A DNA stretch of 64,000 nucleotides from Selaginella moellendorffii. Lineage: Eukaryota; Plantae; Lycopodiophyta. The stretch spans positions 352,774-416,773 of the forward strand of contig NW_003314264.1 in NCBI RefSeq assembly GCF_000143415.4. Direction: 5' to 3'. Both the position numbers and the translations under genes were made by a program. Position 1 is the first letter of the stretch; each line of letters begins with the position of its first letter. Of the stretch, positions 12,201-24,213 are shown piece after piece. A model generated the notes under the pieces. That model was not told the origin of the DNA, did not search any database, and saw nothing but the letters and a program-made list of their open reading frames with translations.

Positions 12201-14797
12201 ACCGAAGGAAAGGTGTGAAGCCAAAGGCAAGTAGTGTTGGGATGGAACTGAACCATAGAAATCAAAGGGCATATCCAATAGTGGTTATGAAAGTTGGGAG
12301 TGGAGAATCAAGAGGGTGTTCGAGGATGTTGTTGCTAGCAACCGTGATGCCATAGAGAGTCTAAAATATGGAATTGTCCATGTTAGACTATATGGCAACT
12401 ATAAAGCTTGCGAAAGGGGAGGCCTTAGCAAGCTGAGGGACAGAGTTCCTTCAAGGTTCCCAAAGACAATTCTAGGTAGCGTAGTACCTAGAAAGGCCAA
12501 GTGTAAATGGTTCATGGAACGCGCGAAATCAAAGTGGCGCAGCAGAAGCGTGGTCTTGAAGCTTGCCATGAGGCAAGGTTATCAAGGTTAGGGAAGTAGT
12601 TCCCGAGTGTTCAAAGAGAGGGCTTTGAACGAAAGTCGATGGTCAAGGACTTTCACGCTTATGCAGGAACCATGTTACAATGGTCGGAGAACTTGCCAAG
12701 TGAGATTGGCACGTCGGGGGAACAAAGACCCTAGTTGAAGGTGATAACTTCAAAAAGGGTGGGCCATGGGGCCGAGCATGGAGGAGTCCATGCATGATCA
12801 CAGACATGTCAAGTGAGAGGACTTGGTAGTGTGGAGGAACTAGGTTCCTAAGCTGTGATCTGTAGCGCGCTTTAAAAATAGGTTGGTGCACCGGCGTGGG
12901 GAGTCACGCCAGGCATCTAGTGTGATGCCGTCCGTAGATGCATATATGGAGGTTGGGTTCGAGTCCCGACCCTCTAGTGCTTGGGTTCGAGTCCCAAATC
13001 ACTAGGGCGTGGTGATGGTTTGGAATATGAGGACACTCATATTTCGGTGGTCATGGACTCTCAGTGGGGAGACTGGTTTGGGCACACCGCCAAGCGAGGG
13101 ATGCCTCAGAGTCGTGATGCACGGTTAGATTGCTTAGTGTGAAAGCTCGGCATATCTAACTTGAACGCTTTGGTGCAAGTGGCACCAAGGTCGTGGTGAG
13201 TGAGATGGGGACACCTAATCTCAGTTGCTATGAACCCTTGGCCGTAAGGGCTAGCTTGGGTGCACCGCCAAGTGTGGGGGATGCCCCCGGGGTTATAGTC
13301 AACAACTTGGAGGTCTAGAAGACCAAGTACCTCTTGGCAACTCTGTTGAGGTGCCAAGGTGAGATCACTAGGTGATCTTATGGCCAGATAAGGACAAGGT
13401 CCTTGGTTGGTTAAGGAATGAAGTTCCTGGTTCAAAATGTTGAAATTGAACTGTTTAAGATGGTGTGGCTTGGTCGTGATGACCAAGTGGGAAGAGCACC
13501 TAAGGGAAATAAACTATGTCCGTCCGATGGCATAGTAAGTCCGAGGAAAGTAGTCTCTATAAAAGACCCATGGGAGGGTCACGAAGTTGGGCCATGGATA
13601 GAGCCCATAGCAGAATATGCTAAAGAGACATACTAGGGGTGAACATCCTCCGGACTTGGCAAAGAAGAGTCTTTGCTATGGAACCGAAACAATACCTCAA
13701 GGAGGGAGGTAGAGATTCGATGTTGCTTGGTGCAACAATCAACGGATAGGAGCAAAAGATGAGTGGCCAAGATAGGGCCGTGGAATCCCTTGGAAGGAAT
13801 CCAAGTGACAAAGTTAGGCGAGGAACACTAATGTGTTGGACGCTAACAAGTTGCGGGAAAGGAAGTGTGTTTCCAAGGAGGGATTCCGAAATGCTCCAAG
13901 TTGGCGAAAGTGGAAGCTCCAAGGGAGGGAGCGGTAAGGTAGCCAAATGATAGGGCCATGAACAGCCCTAGCACAAAGTATGATAACTGGAACTTTGGCA
14001 CGAAATAGAAGAGAGGATGATGGTGCCCTCGAGTAGAGAACTTCCTAGGATGGGAAGTGGAGTTGCACAAAAGGTGCAAGGCAAGGTGTCGGAGACACCT
14101 AGGAAATTGACTCCAAGAAGTTGGAGAGACTACGCTCCTTAAAGGATGGACAAGGCATGGTGAGCCTTTGATGTCAAACCATAGACAAAGATTGGCTAGG
14201 TGCCAAAGATGGAAATGGTAACACATGTGGGTGTTACTTTATGAAAGGGTTTACCGTTCGATGGGGACATCGAACTTCGTCTATGGGTGGTGGAGTTGTG
14301 AGACACAAAATCCCTAGGCCCCAAAGTGGAGCCGGAAAGGGTGCCACGTGGTAGTGGCTGAAGCGAGAGCCAAACGAGCGTAACACGTTTGGACCAAAAG
14401 CTCCGACTTGAAAAGTCAAGAGCGGGAGTGGAACTCCCAAAGAAGGGCTCGAGGAACAAGCATGAAGCGAGCAAAAAGCGAGGCTCCAAAAAGGGACCCA
14501 AAAGGACCAACACATGACACGTGGGAGTGTCCGAGATGGACTCGACTTGGAGTCCGAAGTGGAGTCCGAGATGGACCCGAGTTGGAGTCCGAAGTGGAGT
14601 CCGAGATGGACCCGAGATGGAGTCCGAGATGGAGTCCGAAGTGGAGTCTGAGGTGGACCCGAGATGGACCCGAGATGGAGTCCGAAGTGGAGTCCGAGAT
14701 GGACCCGAGATGGAGTCCGAGGTGGAGTCCGAGATGGACCCGAGATGGAGTCCGAGATGGAGTCCGAGATGGAGTCCGAAGTCGAGACCGAGACCGG

Positions 14798-14841
<44 letters not shown>

Positions 14842-15962
14842 TCGGGACCGAGACCGAGACCAAGGCCGAGGCCGAGACCGAGCCCGAGCCCGAGCCCGAG
14901 TCCGAATCCGAGTTCGAGTCCGAGTCCGAGTCCAAGTCTGAGTCCGAGTCCGAGTCCGGAGCCTGAGAGGGTGAAAGCCCAAAGCGTTCGTCTCCCAGAC
15001 CCTGGGGGGTTTAGTGAGCTCCAAAAGTATAGTAAGGGGGAGGACTGCAGTGGAGCCAGTTTGGCCAGGAAAGGCCAGTTTGGCCCAGGAAGGCCAGACC
15101 CAGTGTTGGGTGAGGAACTGACCACTGGGAAGTCCAAGACTAGAGTGAATACGGACCGACAAGCGGGGTAGCTTGGTGAAGTGTTCAAAAGCCGGCTCTA
15201 GTTCCCCCGGGAGATCGACTGGCCGATGCTCCCAGTCCAAGTGTGGGTGGCACTACCTACTTGGATACCTGGTGTGGCTCAACGGAACCCGCTCTAAGCC
15301 CATGGCTAGAGCACCTAAAGGCAATAGGTGGGGAGAGTACCCAGGTGGCTCGCGTAAGGCCACGGTGTTCCGAAATGTTGTCCCAAAGGCCCAGACTGTG
15401 GAAAGGAAGAGGAGCAGTCCTCTGGGGTAGTGACCAAGGACACAGTCATGTGGTGAGGAAGTCCCAGAGGACCGTGGGACTTAGTGGTCGGGCCTGTGGG
15501 CCTCGATCCAGTGGCAGTGTTGGCAAACACGGCCAGGGGCAGAAAGGGACTTGGTAGGAACTGACAAAGGGACTTTGGGGAAGGCAATTCCCCAGGTCTG
15601 TGGGCATCCTAAGGATGCTAAGGAGTGGATCTAGGATGACCACTCGTGGACACATGGCCCAGTCTTGGAGAGACGAGGTGGTGATGCAAGTGGTGTTGAA
15701 CCACTAGTGCTGCAAAGGTGAATGGGCATGGCCTTAGCGTAACGGGCCGAGATGTCAGTGGTACCTTTGGGTGTCGGTCTCAGGACCGGACACGTGGAGC
15801 ACTTGGACTAGGTGCAAGTGTGGAGTGGCATGGATGCCATTCTTGGGGCTAGCAAGTCCCAAGTCCTGAATTGGACTGATGGAGGTTGTGAATGAGACTC
15901 CTCCAAGTGGTCGGAGGTGTGGTTAAGTGACTAAAGTAGAATGGAAAATTTAGTTGCTTACA
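8908..15962 (+). mobile_element. Complete non-autonomous LTR element (family A, LARD-like) inserted in B gag, TSD CTGCG
   Basis: LTRs 8908-10410 and 14297-15962; CTGCG at 8903-8907 and 15963-15967; PBS TGGTATCGGAGC 10414-10425; PPT 14283-14296; 3.9-kb interior without recognisable gag/pol ORF. Confidence 0.95.
10414..10425 (+). promoter_or_regulatory. Primer binding site, tRNA-iMet type
   Basis: TGGTATCGGAGC 3 nt after the LTR end (canonical TGGTATCAGAGC). Confidence 0.85.
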
Positions 15963-15967
15963 CTGCG

Positions 15968-16254
15968 CTGCCAGCATCCGTAGTATTTCGTTTTTTCTTC
16001 CGCTTCTCGTCACGCTTTAGCTTGCGTACGAGAGTCTCTAGCAGGGCATTGGTCTGTGCCAATTGTCCTTCTAGAACATCCAATCGAGCCTTGGACGACC
16101 GAACCTCACCACCAGACTCCTGTTTGGAAGTTGCCTCACTGGAGTCCTCCTCATGCAAGGATTCCTCATCCATCGCCTCTTGTTCGACCGGAGGCTCCAG
16201 CTCTGGAGGAGGTTCCGTCTCTGCCTGGGTTCGCTTACGTCCTGCCCTTGCCAT
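15968..16254 (-). pseudogene. gag: gag N-terminus of family B
   Basis: ATG just downstream of the PBS; continues at 8902 once the A insertion is removed. Confidence 0.88.
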
Positions 16255-16313
16255 CTCCCAGCAATCCGCCTCTATCCTTCGCTAGAACTGAGGAAGAGGC
16301 TTCGATACTAAAT

Positions 16314-17463
16314 TGTAAGCCACAAATTTTTCCTTTCCAATTTGCCAGCTTACCTCGCCTATCCGACCAACTTTGCCTTGGCTTGTGCTAAGTTCCCTCG
16401 CCAAGGTTCTCGCCTATGGTACCAGTTCCTACTTGGTTTCAGCTACTTACTACACGAGCAACGGAGTGTTAGCCATCCATCTACGGATTCCCAAATCTCT
16501 CCCAATCCCCCTCCCCGGGTTAGACTGAACTTAAGGTTCGGCTACACTCCCCGCAGGCACAAGCAGCCAAGCACACCAAGCCTCCAGATTCCTAACACCC
16601 TTTGGTACCACAAGACTTGATCATGGGACCCTCTAAATCCCAAGCCTTGAGTGCAACACTTGCTTCGGGACGTCGGGGCGAAACACCGTGGCCTAACGGC
16701 CCGGTATGGGTACCTCTACCCCCCCTCTTCCATCCCGAAGGGAAGGCCCAAGCCCCCGGAAGGGCGAGGACCAATGAGCCACAAGGTACTCAAGTGGGGC
16801 ACCACTCCACCTGAGCCGGGAGCACCGCAGTCGGTTTCCCTTTCGGGAGTGGGAGCTGCTCTTGAGCACTTCCTTGGATGGCCCCTCCGGCACTAGCCAA
16901 GTCCATGCTCACTCCCACCCAAGGCCCCTCGGTCCCAGTCTCAACCTCAAGTCGGTTTGGAAGCCCAACTGGAGAGTCCCTTCAAAACTGGTTCCTGGAC
17001 CTCACTATCCCTACTATACTTTTGGAACCCCCTGCAGCCCCCCCCCCCCCTGGGAGACGCACGCTTTGGGCTTTCACCCCTTGACCCGTATTAGTATTTG
17101 GACTTAGTCTCTAGCTCGATCTCGGACCCGATTTCAGATCCGACTTCGGATTCGGTCTCGGACTCGATTTCGGACTCGATCTCGGACCCGATCTCGGACC
17201 CGACCTCGGACTCGACCTCGGACTCGGTCTCGGACCCGATTTCGGATCTTGGACTCCGTCTCGAACTCGGTCTCGAACTCGGACTCGAACTCGGTCCCCG
17301 AGTTGGTCTCGGACTCGATTCCGGACTCTATCTCGAACTCGGTCCTAGAGTCGGTCTTGGACTCGATCCTCGACTTGGTCCCATCCGATGAACTCTTTGT
17401 CATTTCGGTCAAGCTTTTGGGGATCCTTTAGCCTACAACATCTCGGGGAGTCGGTTCTTTACA
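16314..17463 (-). mobile_element. Family-B 5' LTR
   Basis: Near-identical to 3077-4213 with a few substitutions and an extra 12-bp repeat unit; PBS-like TAGTATCGAAGC adjacent. Confidence 0.92.
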
Positions 17464-20373
17464 CCGGTCTCAATCTCGGTCTCGACCTCGGACTCCATCT
17501 TGGGTCCATCTTGGACTCCATCTCGGTCCATCTCGAAATCCATCTCAGGTGCATCTCGGACTCCATCTTGAGTCCATCTTGGTCCATCTTGGACTCCATC
17601 TCGGGTCCATCTCAGACTCCATCTTAGACTCCATCTTGGGTCCATCATGGATGCCATCTCAGGTCCATCTCAAGTCCATCTTGGACTCCATCTTGGGTCC
17701 ATCTCAGACTCCATCTCGGTCCATCTCAGACTCCATCTTGGGTCCATCTCAGACTCTATCTTGGACTCCATCTTGGGTCCATCTCAAACTCCATCTCAGG
17801 CCCATCTCGGGTCCATCCTAGACTCCATCTTAGGTCCATCTCAGTCTCCATCTCAGACTCCATCTCGGGTCCATCTCGGACTCCATCTGGGGTGCATCTC
17901 GGACTCCATCTCGGGCCCATCTTGGACTCCATCTTGGACTCCATCCCGGACTCCATTTCAGCCTCCATCTCAAGTCCATCTCGAACTCCATCTTGGACTC
18001 CATCTCAGATGTCCTGTCTCTCAAAGAATAGGCCATCCATCCAAGAGTGGTCATCCCAGATCCACTCCTTAGCATCCTTAATATGCCTGCACACCTAAAA
18101 ACAGTCTTCCCCAATATCCTTTTTTTAGTCCCCACCAAGTCCCTTTCTATCCATGGCTATGTTCACTAGCACTACCACTGGGTTAAGGCCCACAGGCCTG
18201 ACCACTAAGTCCCACTATCTTTTGGGACTTCCACAACATGTGACTATAACTTTGGTCACTATACCAGAGGATTGCCCCTTTTCTTTTCCACATTTTGGAA
18301 CTTTAAAACAATATTTCGGAACACCATGGCCATACGGGAGCCTCATGGGTACTCTCCCCACCTTTTGCCTTTGGGTGCTCTAGCCATAGGCTTAGAGTGA
18401 AGTTCCGTTGAGCCATGCTAAGTATTCAAATAGGTAGTGCCACTCACACTTGGACTGGGAGCATCGACCATTTGATTTCTGGAGGGAACTAGAGTTGGCT
18501 CTTGAACACTTCACCTAGGATCACGGGAAAGATAGAGACTCCAAAACAATAAAGGAGTCACAAGATTATCCTCATATAGTTAAGGTTGGTACTTATGAAT
18601 TTGAGACTAGAATTAATGACTGTGGGAGGTCAAATATGGAAGAGGACATGAGTCCTTGAAATGGTACTAGGGGTTACCCTCAATAAATGTTAGAACAACC
18701 CAAGGGATTAGGCATGTACTTAGAGGATGAGTTGGTATTCTCATCACATGGACAAATAGTCCTAAGGGGCAAAGGTAGCCCATATGGAACAAAGAATAAT
18801 CAAATGCCAGAGTAATACTTGCAAGAATGGTCCTTATAGGTAGGATATGAATACAAGAAACTGTATTTTAACGAGTTGACACCTAAAAAATGAGACTTTA
18901 TAGGTCGTCAGATTTGTGAAGTCCAAAAAGCTAGATGACTCAAGGAATGGTCCTAGAAGTCTAGTGGAAGCATTTGGACTGGGTGTGTTGTACCCCATAA
19001 AGGATGGGGAGGATCATAAGATCCAAGTGTGAGAACAGTGGGTTTTTTATTAATGGTAGAATGTGCCATACTAAAATTATGGGAAATAGGTTCCTAGAAG
19101 AAAACAACTTTGACACAAAGTTATATGTAAAGTATAAGATGCAATGCTAACAGATAGTTTGTATGAGAAACGACTTTATTGGTCTTGGCAAAGACCTAAA
19201 CACAAGTAAGAAGTGTCATAAAGTTAGGCTCGTGGAGCTGATGGTGTAGAGACATCGAATGTGCCAAGGCGTGATGCCTTGAGATCAAGTTGATAGGTTT
19301 ATGAGAGCCCCTTCCCAAAGGAATCCTAATGGAAATAAGAATGGCATAGTCTAAGCTGGAAGGCATGCAGTGAAAGTGTGGTGACCCAAAATAATGATGG
19401 AAGTGTGGAAGCACCAACAATGAGTTGTAGAACTTGACAACTATGAGGCAACTGAGCAAAAAGGTGTAAAATAATTGATTAAACTGGTAGTAGGTAACTA
19501 TATAAGACTTTTTATTGGGATAAGGAAGTTAAACATACCCTTATAAAGGATAAATTACTCATGTTGTGATATAGTAAGTCAAAGTCGTAAAAGGAATGCT
19601 CATTGCCAAAGAAGGCCATTATTAGGACACCCAAACACTCTAAAACACTAGGAAGTGGTGTTTGGTGTCGTGAAGGCATTAAATAAGGCCCAAGGGATTA
19701 AGTCCCTAGCGAATGATAGATAGAAAGTGTTATTCAAATGTCCAAAGTTATGGAGACGAGAGAAGTCCGTTTATCCGAATTAGACAAATCCAAAAAAAAC
19801 TTTAGCATCCTCGACAAGATTAATCTTATATTCTATAAGTTGGGTAAGGTGTAACCCTGTTGGTAATTCTTATGACATGGTATCTCAAAAGTGGTTTAAC
19901 ACCTACTAGATCACAAAAGATACTTCCTTTGTTTCTGTCTTTTTATCACTCCGCATTGAGAGTAAACATAAAAATGCTACCTTGGTTTCTTTAGTGCATT
20001 GTCCTCTTATGAACACCAAATTCAAAAACAAAATTCTTTAGCCTTACATTGTCCTACCTTTAGATCTTGGGCTTCCACCCTAAATCGTTCTCCTCAAGCA
20101 TTTATCAGTACCACCAAGTTTCTACTTTGTCTATGCAAGGTGACCATAAATTAATTGAATCAATCAATTTTGAAGATCACGTCAAATCCCGCCATATCCA
20201 AAACAGTGAAATCCATGTTTATTTACTAAATCCTTATTTTGACTCTTGCTTGTTGAAGTACGTCATTAGTGCTTTGGCTACCTTGAACAAACTTTATAGT
20301 CCTTGGTTCTCCCAACAGCTACACTATTAGTTTGGTTTACCAGAATATGTTTGTAGCCACAAAATTATCCAAA
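17464..20373. mobile_element. Older scrambled remnants: reversed A-LTR pieces (17464-18515), A internal (about 18516-19800), B-like protease region (about 19800-20373)
   Basis: Similar to 2230-2600, to 1185-1690 (reversed), to 10722-12000 and to 7540-8053, with heavy CG>TG/CA decay. Confidence 0.8.
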
Positions 20374-20404
20374 TGTCATAAATATGACTGCAGATATTGA
20401 AAGT

Positions 20405-20428
20405 AAGCTCTATTTCGTTAAAGTGGGA
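20405..20428 (+). repeat. Left TIR AAGCTCTATTTCGTTAAAGTGGGA
   Basis: Reverse complement of 27552-27575 with one mismatch. Confidence 0.9.
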
Positions 20429-21093
20429 TTTATTCAGTAAAATGGGACTAGGTACAAATTTTCAAGTATTTGAAAATGACGTGAAATTATATGTTTTTTG
20501 TCCAGGGGCTAGACATATCTGGGGCATGGTGACTAGCGCGGTGACTTTGTGTCCAGACTGAGTCCATCTGGTTGTATAATAAATCTCATTGTTAAGGTGA
20601 ACAAGCCGAATCTGAAGCTAAAGAAGAACGATGGCATGCGCGCACACACTATTTGTTTGTTCATTGAGCGTGTGGTGAGCTTTCCAAGATGAACGTCATT
20701 CCTATTAGCCAGACATATAACTTAATGGTGAGAACATTTAGATATTATTCAATGTTATCTTTTTCTAACGAATCTAATTCTGAAGGTGTAGCAAGAGGCA
20801 TTGCTAGTCTGGAGAAGTCATTTAACTCATTTGACCCTTAGTGTATTTTCATGAAACTAAATAACATTCATATTATTAAGGAATTTCTCTAGTACCTTTT
20901 TTTTACGACATAGAGGCTTGCATTTCTTTCAAAGGTGATTTAGTAAAAGGCCTGAGGGCACATGCCATTCTATTTCTCAGACCGGTATTAAGATATACTA
21001 GTGCAAAGGGCCACATGCCATCACGCCTCCTCTGATTCAGATTCGGATTGTTCACCTTGAAATAAAATACATTAGAAACTTAGTAAAGGAATA

Positions 21094-24000
21094 TTAATGA
21101 ATCTTACCTTGAACCCGGGTTATGAATGCTCTTGCTGCATCTCTTGCATGGTCTGGCAAGGTGATGGTGGCACTCTGCTTCCGCATCCAACCATGCACAA
21201 CATTATCCACCGATATGCTCATGCTGGGATCCCTTGGATTCAGCACCCATCTCTTTTCTAGGCAATCCTTCGTATATCCGGAACTTGGCTTGAACCACTC
21301 CACAGTTACATTGAAGGAGTTAGTTTCCGCGTCCTCCTCTGCATCAGTGATGCAGCGCCCCACCCATATCATTTGATTTTTATTACTGGGTCTAACAAGC
21401 ACGACCATTCCTTTGCAGACCTATACTGGATTGAATGCTGAATCCGGCTTCTTGTTCCTCGGCCCACAATAGTGATCCTCAACATCGTTATCTGTCACTG
21501 CATTTCCAGAGGACATTGTTCCGCTACTATCTGGTGCTCTGGGTTCTGGCCAAAAGGACTCTTCCAATTCTTCATATACAACCGACCCATTTTGGATAGC
21601 AGATATAATCTTCTCCCAGTATTCGAGCAAAGGCTTGCACCTCTTAAAATAGGATTCTCCACCAAACACCAACCCCCTCTTCCAGAAGGCAATATGCTGT
21701 CTAATCCCGGCCACTATACTTTCCTGGTCTTTGAGTCCATCCGGGTGCATTGGCCGTGGGGAACCCTGAGGAATCATAGGTTCCCCAGTTATGGGATCTC
21801 TCTTGAAGAGTTCAATGCCATCCACTGGCAGCCACACTGTGTCCCATTCTCTCATCTTGTACCTCATCACTGGAGCACCGTCACGCATGTTGAAATGAAA
21901 CTGAAGAGGCTTGGAGTGGCCAATCAGCGTTTCGGATCCGTCCCTGATGTAGCCTCTTACAAACCCCTTAAAGTCTGGAACCTCTGTCACAAGTGCAGCT
22001 TCAACAGTGCCTTTGATGCAATTTTGGAATTCATCGTAGAGTTGTGGGAGGGTGAGGACATTGGATCGCCGGAGGGACTCTGCCAGGTGACTGAACATGG
22101 CATCGACGTCTTCATGAGTGTGCCCAACCATGAGAAAGCCAAGTGTAACCGTTTCAAATATGCCTTTGGCAACAAGCATCGCCAAGTACGCGAAGACGTA
22201 CATGTTTTTGTTCTCACTGCCAGCATTGTCTGTTTGGAGCAGAAGATGGGGTGGAAGGCCACATCGGCCGCAAGAACTTCCTTGAGATTCTGCTTCGTTT
22301 GGATGAGGCTATGCATTCACCGGGCGACCAGCCTCGTCGGAATGGCATGAGGCCTCACGTGATAACCCTACAATCTGACGGCCAACATATTCACTGGGAT
22401 GGCATGGGGCCCCACGCGATACTGCAAGCCTTTGCTCCTCCTCCAGCTGAACCCTGTATGGGGTTCGATCGACAAGGGCCTTATGCAAGGGTTGGCCGTT
22501 CAACTCAGTCTGCACACTTTGCAGAGACCTTAAGTGTTTTGCTAGGGACGCAATCATCATGTTTGCACCCCCGCCACCCCATAGAGGTACAAAGAAGTTC
22601 CCATAGTTCTGGGCACCATGCCCATGAGCGATTATGCCAAACAGAGACACAGGCAGCTGCATGGATGAAGAGATTGCCTTGGGGGCAGGATTGAGTCGAG
22701 GTAAGCACGTCTTTTTCTGGTCCATTTTGTCGTGGATGATGCAGAGGTAAGAGTCAGGTCTCTCCATGGAGAGAATCCTGTTATGATAATATGCAGTCCT
22801 GCAGCTTCTCTGCTCGATGTTGTGGTCGAGCCGCCTTCTAACCAACGTCTCTCGCTCTTGAGCGCTGCAAGAATTCTTCGACAAAGCCATTTTGATAGCA
22901 GTGCACTCGTCACACTTTGAAAAGCTGGAGTACTTTCCTATACTCACATCCCTGAACCTGTTGCTCCATAATCTACTAAATCTAGATTGGCTCAGCTTCC
23001 TGTAGCCATTACTCTGGAGTTCCCGATTCACATCTTCCAATATGGCCCCCTTGGTATACATGGAAGGGAGAACTCGTTGGATGTCTCGTGTTCCATCTTC
23101 CAAGAGGCGGGTTTTATGTGGTTGCTGCTCGCTACATGTCTCGACAAACCTCTTGAAGATTGCCTCTCTATATACAACATGACCCCTGGTTTTGTGCGTA
23201 CCGTCGTTCCCATGGACTGCCTGTTGAACCCTTTGTTCCTCGAACTCAGTTTTGATTCTATAGAATGTGCTTCAAGGGACTCCATAAATGATTCTCCATG
23301 CCTTCATGCAGACCAAACCCCTCTGGAAGACCATGCCCCCCACCTGATGTTCTGAAGCATCAACAGATGACCGTAATGCCTCATACACAAAATTGTGAGC
23401 TGCCTTCCAGGACAATGTCTTGTATCTTGCTCTCTCCTCTTCAATAGCATCCCAATCAGCATGTTGACAGCACCTCCTCTTGCAACAAGCAACTGTCGAG
23501 ACCATTCGAACCTCCATCGCCATTTTCTACCTTTTCGGTTCGTTGCTCAGATCCCGTTGGCTGCGCTGTAGGAAGGTGTACTTTCTTTTCCTATGAAGAG
23601 ATGTTCTGTCATCAGTTATAGTGGTGTTTGATTGTGAATCCTTCACATTCTCAAACACTAAATGCCTCAATTTCCACCGCACAATGCTTCCAATAGTCAG
23701 ACTGTTTTCTTCTGTGTCAACAACCTCTAAAATCGCAACTCCAATATCATCCCAGCCCAATTCTTGATTAGCAACCGCATCTCTTGGATCGACAACTGTG
23801 GCTAAGCCCTCAGCTACCACCTCCCCCTCGGGGTTGTTTAGAAACACCTTTGCCTGAATCCATGTAGCACGGTTCTTAAGATCCACGGAGGGAACATGCG
23901 TCGCACTTGCGCTGTCCCCAACATCTGCTTTCTTCTGCAGATTTTTCAAGGCAACAACAACATTTACCTCGACGACCATCTCTCCTCGTTCAATAGCGAC

Positions 24001-24213
24001 CACATTCCCATCGAAGATAGTCTCTACTGATACAGCAGCATTGCCTTCCCCAAGCCTTTGACAGTGTATAACAAAGTTCCGATCCATAGACACAAGGGTC
24101 CCTTTTGCAACTCTCTTCCCACCATTCAATAGCAGGTGGGTCACCTGCTTCCGACTCCAAGGGCAAATGCGTTGTCGAGTACAACTGCGGCGGACTATTC
24201 TTTCGAGCCGCAC
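21094..24213 (-). pseudogene. Transposase, about 1040 codons in one frame with 4 premature stops; N-terminal TnpA/Tnp1-like repeats, Cys motifs, RNase H-like core
   Basis: ORFs 23527-24213, 23272-23523, 22309-23103, 21421-22203 and 21094-21408 share one frame; motifs CCKRRCC, VC..AW..IYGVP, FSKCDEC, IIHDKMD, LQTDNAGSENKN, FLMVGHTHEDVDAMFS. Confidence 0.85.

Larger units (their letters stand above)
3077..17463 (-). mobile_element. Ty3/Gypsy chromovirus LTR retrotransposon (family B), interrupted by a family-A insertion
   Basis: Paired LTRs; order gag-PR-RT-RH-INT-chromodomain; PBS and PPT present. Confidence 0.93.

Noticed and set aside
22309-22430. Possible intron in the transposase removing the 22309 stop
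   Set aside because: The frame is unchanged on both sides and no unambiguous splice pair was found; treated as a linker with a point stop
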